The notes: generated from the letters alone by a model not told the origin. Shown: positions 24,188 through 36,673, counted from the stretch's first letter. The stretch: 64,000 nucleotides of DNA from Octopus sinensis (GCF_006345805.1 NC_043013.1:25296001-25360000); one strand, 5' to 3'. Translations and numbers: made by a program.

Positions 24188-24397
24188 ATTAGTATTTATA
24201 TTTGGATTTACATTTATATTATCCGCTGAAACTCCAGCTTCCACATGGTTTGTTTGGTCATCCGGAGAAGAGCAGTCGTTTTGTTTATCATCGTCATGTT
24301 CACCTGTGAAAAGCTTTTCTGTTTGTTCGTCGGCTGAATTTTCTGGCAAAACATCATTAGATGATTGCTGAGTATTATTTCGATGGACTGCTGTCAT
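24188..24397 (-). CDS. Nramp: Probable first coding exon of the NRAMP gene (acidic, disordered N-terminus)
   Basis: ATG-initiated 70 codons (MTAVHRNNTQQSSNDVLPENSADEQ...NINTN) in unique sequence, ending exactly at a consensus GTAAGT donor in phase 0. Upstream of and in phase with the TM1 exon. Assignment to the gene is inferred from position and phase. Confidence 0.7.
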
Positions 24398-24683
24398 TAG
24401 TACATGTAAAGTGAGAGTTATTTATTTCATCTAAGTAGGCAACACTTGTCCATGTTCAACCAGCCCATAGTATGATCACATGATGACTACACACACATAC
24501 ACACCCATATATACATACATATATCGTCGGTAAAACATAAATCTGGAAAAGAAGCGCATTCTAAGTTATAGAGCAGTATATAATATGGTTCTTTACCTTT
24601 TGAACGGCACATGTCACAAGAGGAAAAGATCCTATTATATAAATAAAGTTAGATAAGGCCGGTTTCACATCCATAAAGCGCTT

Positions 24684-24749
<66 letters not shown>

Positions 24750-24753
<4 letters not shown>

Positions 24754-24998
24754 GTTGGTGCATAGTTATTGTGGCTTTTTAACAAATTTTATTCAACAAA
24801 AACAACAACAATATTTAACAAAAACATCTTTAAATGACAGTCTGACCATCTGCCAAGCAAATGGGAAGCAGTAATTGAAGTAGATAGTGATTATGCTCCG
24901 GAATAATCATTTAAAGATGTTTTTGTTACATGTTGTTATTGTTTTTGTTGAATAAAATTTGTTAAAAAAAAAGCCGCAATAATTATGCCCCAACCCAA
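24750..24998 (+). mobile_element. Mariner MITE (internally deleted)
   Basis: ~85-bp TIRs starting TTGGGTTGGTGCATAGTTATTG / CAATAATTATGCCCCAACCCAA, TA context. The interior retains the transposase C-terminus (LPSKWEAVIEVD). Confidence 0.8.
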
Positions 24999-25039
24999 TA
25001 TATATATCAAGAAAAAAAAGTCGTCAGAATTTTGGAAAA

Positions 25040-25520
25040 AAATATTTTTATTTCTTCATTATTATCTATATACGCGTCTAAATATTTGTCCTTTCCCTTG
25101 TCAGGGGTGAAGTGGAATTTATTTCTGACTATTGATTCATCATTTAAATTTTTATGGCTGGAGAATCCTATAAGTTGGCGGTGGCAGTTGAAGTTTTCAA
25201 TATCAGATTTCAGTTCAATGAGATGCGAGGTGGGGGTCGGGGCAAACTTTTGAAACCTTTTAATAGGAGATTCATCTCATTCTTGTTGAGGTTCCTATTG
25301 ACAAATTTATGATCTTTGGGTCTATATGTTGTGTGTGTTCATTAAAATTTTGTGTATTATTGGGTCCAGTGTGTGATTTTGGTATTTTCTTCCTAAAAAA
25401 GGAATAGTGTTGCTATGTCTCCATTTTCTGATCTCGGCATTCTGGTTTCCATGTAGGTGGGAGGATGGTTCATATTATTCTACCTGTGGTATTCGAGTAC
25501 TATTTTTTACCTTGTTTCCC
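25040..25520 (-). pseudogene. Decayed Penelope-like element N-terminal fragment
   Basis: Minus strand gives IINLS...FAPTPTSHLIELKSDIENF...SIVRNKFHFTPDKGKDKYLD, resembling the region upstream of RT in Penelope-like ORFs. Recognised by eye and interrupted by stops. Confidence 0.45.
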
Positions 25521-25543
25521 ATTTATGTGCTTACTTTTGTGTA

Positions 25544-25576
<33 letters not shown>

Positions 25577-25584
25577 GTATCATC

Positions 25585-26940
25585 ATGATCATCATCGTTT
25601 AACGTCCGCTTTCCATGCTAGCATGGGTTGGACGGTTCAACTGGGGTCTGGCAAGCTCGAAGGCTGCACCAGGCCAGTCAGATCTGGCAGTGTTTCTACA
25701 GCTGGATGCCCTTCCTAACGCCAACCACTCCGAGAGTGTAGTGGGTGATTTTATGTGCCACCGACACAGGTGCCAGACGAGGCTGGCAGACGGCCACGCT
25801 CGGATGGTGTTTTTATGTGCCACCGACACAGGTGCCAGACGAGGCTGGCAGACGGCCACGCTCGGATGGTGTTTTTATGTGCCACCGACACAGGTGCCAG
25901 ACGAGGCTGGCGAACGGCCACGCTCGGATGTTGTTTGTTACGTGCCCACAGCACGGAGGCCAGTCGATGCGGTACTGGCTACGGTCACGTTCGGATGGTT
26001 TTCTTATGTGCCACCCACAATGATACAAATTCCATTGATGTTCATCTATTTTTATTTGGTTTAATTTGATTTGATTTTGATTTTGATTTTGATTTTCACT
26101 TGCCTCAACAGGTCTTCACAAGTGTCACAAGGAGGAAAGTATGCACAGGTGGACTGACTACGTCCCAGGTAGGGGCCACGGGTTATGGCTTCACTAGTCT
26201 TGTCGGGTCTTCTCACGCACAGCATACTTCCATAGGTCTCGGCCTCTAGCCATTTCCATGGTGAGACCTAACGTTCGAAGGTCGTGCTTCACCACCTCGT
26301 CCCAGGTTTTCCTGGGTCTACCTCTTCCACGGGTTCCCTCAACTGCTAGGGATTGGCACTTTCTCACACACCTATCTTCATCCATTCTCGCCACATGACC
26401 ATACCAGCGCAATCGTCTCTCTTGCACACCACAACTGATGCTTCTTAGGTACAACATTTCTCTCAAGGTACTAACGCTCTGTCGAGTATGTACACTGACA
26501 TTAAACATCCATCGGAGCATACTGGCTTCATTCCTCACGAGCTTACGCATGTCCTCAGCAGTCACGGCCCATGTTTCACTGCCATGTAGCATGGCTGTTC
26601 GTACACATGCATCATACAGTCTGCCTTTTACTCTGAGCAAGAGGCCTTTAGTCACCAGCAGAGGTAAGAGCTCCTTAAACTTTGCCCAGGCTATTCTTAT
26701 TCTAGCAGTTACACTTTCAGCGCACCCACCCCCACTACTGACTTGGTCACCTAGATAACGGAAGCTATCAACTACTTCTAGTTTTTCCCCCTGGAAAGTG
26801 ACGGAAGTTGTTTTCTGCAGATTTTCGGAGGTCAATGCTCCCGAGCATCTGCCACATACAAAAACTATCTTCCCAGTTAGCCTACCTTTGACATTGCTGC
26901 ACCTCTTATGTGTCCATAGTTTACACTGGGTACATCTTAT
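25585..26940 (-). mobile_element. Second 5'-truncated copy of the same RTE LINE, with a single 3' UTR
   Basis: RT C-terminus (ORF 26194-26835) nearly identical to 5600-6254, followed by 3' UTR, (AAAATC)n, body with three 62-bp units, and a (GAT)n tail. Confidence 0.9.
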
Positions 26941-27240
26941 ATATATATAATCCTCATCATCGTTTAACGTCCGTTTTTCACGCTAGCATGGGTTGAACGT
27001 TTTGTCTGGGGTCTGGGAAGCCAGGAGGCTGCACCAAGCTCCAGTCTGATCAGACTGTTTCTACATCTGGATGCCCTTCCTAATGCCAACCACAATGTGA
27101 GTGTAGTGGGTGCTTTTTATGTGCCACAGGGGCCAGAGGAGGCTTATATATATATATATATATATATATAACCCTAAGATTCCAAGTTCAATTCCAGGTA
27201 GTGACCTGAATAATATTAATAAATAATAATACTAAATAAA

Positions 27241-27796
27241 TTCCCTGATGCAGTACTAGGCAGTGGCTCTCATGGCCTCTGATCTTAACTGACTGGAAGT
27301 GTTATCATGTACATTGTTTTGTCTTGGTATAAAAGATGGGCTATAGCAAATATTCTGCTCAATACCACAGATTTGCTTGACAGTTGTTTGACCTTAACCA
27401 GTTGAGCATGTCCCTTAGTGGCTAATGATATGTGTATCTCTGATCATGAGCAAAAGTAGTGGGGAAGCATCAAAGCCATGTGTTGAGAGGGATTCTTTGG
27501 GGTTTGGATAATTCACATTTTGAAACATGGGTGTTTTGTTCAACATCCTTAAACAACCCTTAATCAGGGACCTTTTGAGCGGGATGGGCTACACAACCAG
27601 AAGAAAAATTCTAACTGGGTCCCACCTGCAAGGTCATGCACTGTTTATCTTGATATGAGATCACCATGTCGCGCACATATGCTTGTGATGCATGTGCCTG
27701 GTGTACCCTTATCAGACGAGTAGTCATGATGGGTATACTGGGCTTCATATATTTTACCCCAGTGTCACTTTGATGGCATGCACTGCTCTCTCACTC
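27241..27796 (+). mobile_element. ~555-bp non-coding element inserted in (AAT)n
   Basis: Flanked by AAT repeats on both sides. A second copy (minus strand, 50630-51057) starts at the same 5' position next to a long (AAT)n. Confidence 0.7.
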
Positions 27797-28391
27797 AATA
27801 ATAATAATAATAACAACACAACAACAACAACATTGAAAAATACCTTAGGAATGAGAAACGAAATACTGTTAAGCATTTTGTCTGGTGTGCTAATATTTCT
27901 GCCAGCTCATCACCTTTACATCATCTATTATTACATACACAATTATGTATATAATAATCCTTTCTACTATAGCCACAAGGCCCAGAATTTGAGGGGAGGG
28001 GTTTATGTAATCATATACATGTGTATATAATTAAAAGCCCAGGCTTGGCTATAGATGCAAGCATGGCTGTGAGGCAAGTTTGCTTCCTAACCACATGGTT
28101 CTGAGTTCAGTTCCACAGCATGACACCTTGGGCAAGTATCTTCTACTACAGCCCTGGGCCAATCAAAGCCTTGTGAATGAATTTAGTAGATGGAAACTGA
28201 AAGAAGCCCATCATATATACATATATATATCTAGGTAAGTATGTATTGGTATGTATGCATGTATGTATGTATGTATGTATGTATGATGTATGTATGTATG
28301 TATGTATGTATGCATGCATGTATGTATGCATGTATATATGCATGTCTGCATGTATGTATATATGTATGTATGTCTGAATGTATGTATGTAT

Positions 28392-28788
28392 CAGGTACGT
28401 GCTGTTAGTAATTACTCAGGGTAGGCAGTTGGTGACGTTTATGTAGTAAAACACAAAAAAAAAAAAAGTGAAACATAGGCGTGCGACTGAGGTGGAGGCA
28501 GATTTACTTTGCATAAAGAAAACATTGTTGTAGGAATGTACACAGCATGTGTACTACAGCAGTTCTATGCATAGCTTAAACACAGAGACTGAAAAGCAGA
28601 GGCGAATTATGCTAACCTAATCAATAAAAAAATAAAATATTTTGCATTTTATCCATAGTAATCAGAGTAACCTTCATAATTTTATTGAATTTGGTGCATA
28701 ATTTGCCGTAAAAGGAAAATGTTACAATCAATCAATTTTATTCAGGGTAGGCACTGCCTACCTTACCTGCCCAGGCAGCACGTCCCTG
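28392..28788. mobile_element. hAT-type MITE
   Basis: 13-bp TIRs CAGGTACGTGCTG / CAGCACGTCCCTG and an 8-bp GTATGTAT duplication. The TSD lies within a (TATG)n run, so it is partly uninformative. Confidence 0.6.
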
Positions 28789-31700
28789 GTATGTATGTAT
28801 GTGTATATGTGAGTGTGTGTATATATTTATGTCTCCTTACCGTGACATGGTGTGATAGCTGTAAAAGAAAGTGACTCTCATACAGGCAATGTCAATCATT
28901 TCCAATATTCTGAAAGAACTGGTGTGGGTGCTGGTGTCATGTAAAAAGCACCCAGTACACTCTGTGGAGTCGTTAGCGTTAGGAAGGGCATCCAGCCGTA
29001 GAAACTAAAGCAAGACAGACAATGGAACCTGGTGCAGTGCCTGGCCTTACCAGTACCTATCAAGCTATCTAGACCATGCCAGCATGGAAAACAGACATCA
29101 GATGATGATGATGATTATGATCATGATCATGATATATCTGTTAATATTTCACTAACACATTGTGATACTGATAATACTGTGTTAAGGCTCAGTATACATG
29201 TATTTCAGAAAAAGGCATTTGCTGAAACAGAGCGTAGTAAGAGATTATATAAATGGCAAGTGATCAAGAAATTATGTAATTAATTTCATTACCTTATGAC
29301 AAAAACAGCTGTAAGTTAATGAAATTCATTATAATAATTTCTTGTTCTTTTGTCATTTATATAATCTCATATGTGTATGTGTGTGTGGAGAGAGAGAGCG
29401 AAACAGAGAGAGAAAGAGAGAGAGGGAGAGAGAAAGTGAGAGAGAAAGAGGGAGAGACCTCACTTGGCCCTGCTTGCCTGAGATTTGAAACCAAATCCAT
29501 TCGCTTGTTGCTTGTCAAGCCAGCAAGAAATCCTTTGCATCTTCGCACCAGATGATTAATGGGGAATGCTTGACCTCCAAAGACTTTTGCTGGTCATGGA
29601 AAGGTCAATCCTTTGTTTAAGATTTGACCCACATTCTAGCATAGTCTATATAACAGAAACCATTTCTTTTCTGGATCTTTTTGCTTCATGACCAAGAGCA
29701 ACACTTCCCTTTGTCCTTCAGATGTCATATGAAGAGAAACTTTTGACCAAAACCAAGAAAGGACCGTGCCACCTTTATCCTTTTTCCCTCTCTTGTCAAC
29801 ACAGTGCAATCTTTACTTTTCCCCTCTCTACTAACACATAGCAGCTTCCACAACCAAACCATTTGTCACTGTCACCGTGATTACTGCTATTTCACTAATC
29901 GCTTGTCAGGCAAATAAAAAAATGTAAATAATATTTGTTCCAATAATAAATCCCTGAGTTAGATGTAAACAGTAACAGCATGGAATCGTGACATATATTT
30001 GCCACTTAAATGTGACGGACCCATAGGGGACGATGCTGCTGTTGCTTATAGCTCCAGGAAGACATCTTGTCCAGTTGGCTAATGACACACGGTCTGTGTC
30101 TGATTAGTATTTGCGAAGGGGAATCATCGTTCCCATCACAAATATTAATCAGACACAGACAGTGTGTCATTAGTCAGCTGGATGAGGTGTCTTCCTGGGG
30201 CTATAAACAACAGTAGCACTGTCCCCTATGGGTCTGCCACATTTAGGTGACAAATAACATTTGTTCCTTTTTGGTGTTATTTTTCGATGTTCTTCACTGG
30301 TATCTCTGACGTGAGAACCTCAAGAGTTACATTTACATGCTACATTTGGTAGTCGTTTACATCATATCAATGTGATTCTACATGTTCCCATAGCTGCTAC
30401 ACACACACACACACACATTTCTGGAGAGAGAGGACAAACTTATTTTGCTTTCCATCTACAAAATTCAGTCACAAGGCTTTGGTCAGCCTGAGGCTATAGT
30501 AGAAGCCACATGCAGTGGCACTGAACTCAGGGCCATGTGGTTGGGAAGTAAGCTTCTTACCACACAGACACACACATATATATACGACAGGCTTCTTTCA
30601 GTTTCCATCTACCAAATCCTTTTACAAGACTTTAGTCAGCCTGGAGCTACAGAAGAAAACAGCAGCTCAAAGTGTTACAGTTGGACAAAGCACATCAAAA
30701 AAATAAATAAATAAATAAAATTTTTTAAATATGCCTTATCTTTCTAAGGACAACAGGGTCTGTTTTGGAGGAGATTTTTTTTGTTATTTCAGTGTCCCCT
30801 CTAGATGCCATATTACTAATGTTCCCTTAAAACTATACTAAACATACTTTTCCATTTTACTCATTAGATGGAGGCCATGCCGGGGTTTCTTTTGGTTCCC
30901 ATCTACCAAATCCACTCACATGGCCCAAAATTATGGTTGAAGACACTTGCTCAAGGTTGCACACAGTGGAACTGAACCTGAAATGATATGGTTGGGAAGC
31001 AAAGCTTCCTACCACACCAGTGCCTAAAAGTTAGTAAAAACATATAAGTTTTCTATTATTAAGGTGGCATTTGGAATGAAAGTGAATAAAGTCTTTTTGG
31101 AAATGTAACTGACTGGCAAATAGCTTGATCTGAGACTGTTGAAACTTAAACAATTACAACATGGCCTGCCTCACTATATTTTTAGAGTATCTCCTGACAT
31201 GTCTCCACCACCATCTCTCATACTCTTTCCAGCTTTATTTCTCTCTCTCTAAGTCTCTCTTTCTCTCCTTTCACCTCCAACTGAGGAACCCTTGAATCTC
31301 TTCTACAGCAAGGAACTTATCTCTATCTCTCTATTAGTCTTTTTAACCTCTCAGCAACTGGCACAAAGCAACCTCCCTCAATACTATCCTCTCCCTCCCA
31401 ATTCAAGGAACTTTGTCTTGCATTGCAAGCTGCTTGGTGACCTCACCGCTGCTGGTGCCACATAAAAAAAGTGCCCAGTACACTCTGCAAAATGGTTGGC
31501 TTTAGGAAAGGCATCCAGCCATTGAAACCATGGCAAAACTGACAATAGATACTGGCTCTGTCTTTTAGCATGCCAGCACTTGTCAAACTAACTCATGCCA
31601 ACAAGGAAAACAGATGTGAAATGACAGTGATGATCATGATGATGGTGATGATGACGACGGCGAGGATGACGATACATATTAGTCATTCAAAAACACACAA

Positions 31701-32789
31701 AGACTTAAATTCACTGAAACATTTACCATTTGGTGTCAAAATAACGGTTCTTAAGTATATTTAGGCTGGAATATTTATATTTAAATACGAGTATTTTAAG
31801 ATAAGCAGCTTTGTATCATAGATCTTCAGTGGGTTGGTTTGATATAGGTTAAAGTTACTTTTAATTCTACTCATATTTCAAGATATATTTAGTAATGTTC
31901 TGGAATAGGTTTTGAATAGATTTCCTCTTAGTCACATTAGCCAAGAGTTCTTTGTTTGTTTGTTTTTTTAATTTAAAGAAGTAAGCTTTTTAAGGATGTT
32001 TTAGCAAATTTTGATTGTTTCATTCCCTCTCCACTCCCGTTTCCTTCTGTAAGCCAGTGTTGGTAAATGTTTTTCCTAAATGGTTTTCATGATAAACTCT
32101 TATCAAAGACAAGTGTTACTTAAATAACAATCCTCCAAAGCTAATTACTTCCTTAATTGAAAAGTGTTTTAAAGTTACATGCAGTTTTTTTTTTTATCAT
32201 TATTGTTTTTAGATATCAAAATGAAGTAACAGATTTTATTTTTGTTTGCAGTTGAAGATTATTGATAGACCCTCTCACCATGCAGCAAATATTATCTATG
32301 TCAATCCCTTTATTTTATGAAAAATTGATAAAAACAGAAAATTGAAAAGAAAAAAAAATGTAGTTGCCATTCTTTTGACATACTTTCTAGTTCAGTAGTT
32401 CTCCTGTATTTAGGGGTTGCGTATGAATTATTCCATTTTGTGAGAATTTACCAATATGTCATGTGACTAATACTGAACTGGACCAGGGTCTCTATCTAAT
32501 GTGGAAGCTGTGAATTTGAGCTTGAGATCATACTGGTTTGATGAGCCTACTCTACCACACGGAGTGGATTTAGTAGACAGAAACTGAAAGAAGCCCATCT
32601 TTTATACATATATATATATTATATATAAGTTCTGAACGTTTTTAAGCTAAATCTTTTAATGCTTCATTGAATACACCTGAAATGTAGCACAGTTAAAACT
32701 TTGGCATTGCTTGAAGTGGTGGTGCATCTCTTCTTTGTTCTTGACTAAAATTAGAGTTATCTTTCATTCCGGTTACCCTTTATCAGTAT

Positions 32790-33725
32790 TTGAAAGGGAT
32801 AACCAAAAATGTCATATTCACATTGTAATGCTTTTCTTTTTTAAAAAAGGGGAAAATGCTGCAAAGACTTGCAAAAACATTTGTGAAATTTCTGGTGAAT
32901 CAACTGTTTGAAGATGGTTTGCAAAATTTGAAGATGGAGAGTTTAGCTTGGAAGTCACAGTGGAAGACCTTCAAAATTGGATGAAGATGTTTCAAAAGTA
33001 AAAATCAAAGAAAACTCAATTATCATGACTAGAGAATTAGCAGATGAGTTGGAAGTTTCTAAAAGTATGGCTCATGAACACCTAGTAAAGCTAGAAAAGA
33101 TTTCTTGCTATAATGTATGTATCTTTCTAACTAGAAAGGGTATGGCTTGGTCAGCCTGTAATGACATGCATAAGATCTGGTCATCAAATCTAAGTAGAGA
33201 CTTCAAACTTGAAATCTTCAAAGCCACAGTCGAACCAATTCTACTATATGACTCAGAAACCTGGACGTTATCAAAGAAGCTTGAGAGGCGGTTGGATGGA
33301 ACCTACACTCGCCTCCTTATGAGAGCTCAAAATCTCTCGTGGAAGCGCCATCCAACCAAAATGCAAATATATGGGAAACTACCACCTGTGTCATCTCTTG
33401 TGAAAGGTAGGAGAGTCCAGTTTGCTGGACATTGTTGTAGAGCTGAAAAAGAAGTAATTTCTACTCTTCTCCTCTGGAAGCCATCTACTCGCAATACCAG
33501 AGGGCACACACTCTCCTACCCTGATGTAATCTCCAGGGATACAGGCATCCAGCAACAGGACCTCCGTAATGCCATGATGGACCGTGAAGTCTGGCGTAGC
33601 ATGATAAATTCCATTGTCTCGACCACGGTTGAACAATGATGATGATGATGTATCTCTCACAAACTCTAAGCAAAGAATTGCTTGGACTGGTATTCTGTTT
33701 CTGATATGCTTTTGAAACGGAATGA
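32790..33725 (+). pseudogene. Mariner transposase N-terminal remnant interrupted by an RTE fragment
   Basis: MLFFFKKGENAAKTCKNIC...RWFAKF...TRELADELEVSKS, resuming after 33656 with a degraded WVPHxL and DMLLKRNE. Confidence 0.7.
33125..33647 (+). mobile_element. 5'-truncated RTE-type LINE (different family), 3' end
   Basis: RT C-terminal region (PILLYDSETWTL...RRVQFAGHC...DREVWR), (TGA)n tail, ATGTATCT TSD at 33117-33124 and 33648-33655. Confidence 0.85.
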
Positions 33726-34315
33726 ACATTTGAATAGGTGGTATGCCAAAGGAGAATTGAACGATTCAGTCTGAACATGAAGCGAGAAGAATAGCTTTAC
33801 GGAATTCAGGTGACTGTGCGATGGCACTGAGAAGGACACAGGTGAAGTGGAAAATCCATTTGTCATGGTTTCTTTTGACATTTGAATAGGCCGTATGCCC
33901 AAGGAGAATTGAAGGATTCAGTTGAGAATCTGAACCAGGGTGAGACTACAATTACAGATTTAGATTGACTCATCCTGTATGTGTGTATTATATAAGAGAA
34001 AAACATGTAATAATTGAAGTAGAAAAAAGATGGATTTCATATACGAACTTCCGTTTGTTCTTCAAGTTGTGCAGTCCAGCAACTTTTAGTGTTTGGCACT
34101 GAGTTTTATTAATGCTGATGGCAAAAGAAAGTGGCATAGGAAACTGTAAGGGCTTAAATTGGAATGGGACATCAGATGGTATAACTGGTTTACAAGGAAG
34201 GAAGACGGTGTCACATTTACCACAAATGAGAATATTTGTCTTAATGCAGTTTCTCATAGATTTGTGCAAAATGTTGTGCATAATTCTGAACGAAAAAATG
34301 GACAGAATCTCTCTG

Positions 34316-34361
<46 letters not shown>

Positions 34362-34828
34362 CGTGAACGTTGCCAGAGCAGCCCATTGGCTTCTGTGCCG
34401 GTGGCACGTAAAAGGGCACCATTTGAGCATGATCGTTATCAACGTTGCCTTACTGGCACCCGTGCCAGTGACATGTGTAAAAAGATTCAAGCAAGGTCAT
34501 TGCCAGTACCGCCTGACTGGCCCCTGTACCGGTGGCATGTAAAAAGCACCCCATACACTCTCGGAGTGGTTGGCGTTAGGGAGGGTATCCAGCTGTAGAA
34601 ACTCTGCCAGATCAAAGTTGCAGCCTGGTGCAGCCATCTGGTTTGCCAGCCATCAGTCAAAATCGTCCAACCCATGCTAGCATGGAAAGCAGACGTTAAA
34701 TGATAATGAGGATGATGATGATATATATAAAAGATAGATAAATATACATAATAGCTTCCCTTGAACCATTCACTTTCATTTTGGCAGACAAACAAATGAA
34801 CAAACACACAAACGGACAAAATCTCTCT

Positions 34829-34857
<29 letters not shown>

Positions 34858-34859
<2 letters not shown>

Positions 34860-36480
34860 TTAATCCAAACGGGAAAACAAAAAAAACAACAACAATGGAA
34901 CAATTACAGTATTATTATTAATAGGCGCTCAGGAATGGAAGCAGGAGGGTATGACGTTCGACGGAGCTCTTCGTCGTCAGAAACATAAAAAGGAAGAGAG
35001 AGGAAAGAAAGATCCCAAGCGGGCAACAGGGATAGAGAAAAAAAAACGACTGGTGTTTTACAAGTTACACATGGTGAAGGCGGAGTTTACGATAACAAGA
35101 GCAAAGTATGTTTTTAAAGGCAAAAGAGTGGAGACAAGGTTGGTAACGCAACAGATGTGTGTGTATGTGTGAGTGTGTGCGTGTGCGTGTGTGTATGTGT
35201 GTGTGTGAGGAGGCGAGTAAAAAAAGACAAAAATATATGTATGGTGTAGTGTGTGCGTCTGTGTGTAGGCGTGTGAGGTAGGGCGAGACAGTGGTCGGCA
35301 TAGCAGACAAAGGTCAGTAGTAAGAAAAAGAAGGAAGGAGGAGGGAGGGAGGGGAAGGGGTGGGGGCGTATGTAGCGTGCCAGCGTGTGTTGAGTAGTAG
35401 TGTGTGTGTGTTGTCCAGTTTCGTGGTAGTATTAATGGCGAGTAGATTGAATGTGTGTAAGAGTAATGTATATATTTAAGCAATGTGTGCGCGTGTGTGT
35501 AACAAAAAGGGGGGGGGGTTAAGGAAAAAGGACTCTCCAGCTTGAGGAAGATGGAAGAGTGGTCCCGCGGAGACGGGCGTGGGAAAACCCAACGACAAGC
35601 GACGGTCCCAGAACGCGCGGGAGGTCTCGTCGGGTCCAAGAGCGAGGTGCATGCGGCGCGTATGTGTGCGCGAACCAGCGCAAGCGCGTGTGTGCGCACG
35701 CCTGCGAGTATGCGCGTAAGTATGTATGTGTGTGGATGTGTGAGTGTGTCTGTGTGTATGTCTGGGTGGCAGTGGTGTCCGATGAATGTATGTGAGTATG
35801 TTGTGTATATATGTGTGTGCATAGATGTATGTCCGTGTGTGTGTGTGTGTGTGTATGTGTATGATGTGTGTATGTATGTACGTGTGGGTGTGGGGAAGTG
35901 TGTGTATGTGCATGTGTGTGCGCGTACATACAGGTGTGTGAGTGAGTGTGTGTGTGTGTATGTATGTGGTGTGTTATGTATGTGGTGTGTAGGATGCATG
36001 TATGTGTATGGGTGTATGTATGCGTGTGTGTATGTATGTATGTGTACGTTGCGTGTGTGTGTGTGTATGCGTGTAGGATCCATCAGCCAAAACCGGAAAG
36101 CAAGAAAAGAGGGGGGGCTGCTGGATGCAAAAAGGTGTATGTGTGTGGTGCATTCAGTGTAAGGGTGTGGCATGTGTGGGTATGTATGTATGTGTGTGCC
36201 TACATGTATGTGTGCATGTGTGTGTGTGTGAAGTATGTACGTGCGGTGTGGTGTGTGAGTGTGTGTGTAAAATGTATGTGCGTATGTATGTGTGTATGTA
36301 GTGTGTATGTATGTCTGTGTGTGTGTGGGTGTGTGGTGTAAGTATGTATGTGTGTGTGTTGTATGTATGTGTGTGTGTATGTGCATGTTGGTTTGTATGT
36401 TAGTGTGTGCATGTATGTCTATAAGTGTGTGTGATTAAATGTGTGAATGTATGTATGTAGATGGGTCTACGTATGTGTGT
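34858..36480 (-). mobile_element. Penelope-like terminal-repeat-derived insertion interleaved with (CA/TG)n microsatellite
   Basis: 34858-35480 is homologous to 52531-53150. Both contain a degenerate hammerhead motif on the minus strand and abut (TA)n. Flanked by a ~200-bp direct duplication. Confidence 0.6.
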
Positions 36481-36673
36481 GTTGATATATATTATATATA
36501 TATACACACAGTCAAAATCGTCCAACCCATGCTAGCATGGAAAGCAGACGTTAATGATGATGAGGATGATGATGATATATATAAAGATAGATAAATATAC
36601 ATAATAGCTTCCCTTGACCATTCACTTTCATTTTGGCAGACAAACAAATGAACAAACACACAAACGGACAAAA

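Noticed and set aside
24398-24560. Iron-responsive element upstream of the NRAMP ATG
   Set aside because: No CAGUGN-loop stem seen. The DMT1-type IRE would be in the 3' UTR, which is outside the window.
35058-36412. Long His/Thr- or Val/Cys-rich ORFs (up to 442 aa), and similar ORFs at 49946-50597, 53588-53960 and elsewhere
   Set aside because: They are translations of (CA/TG)n, (TATG)n and (TA)n microsatellites, which lack stop codons by composition.
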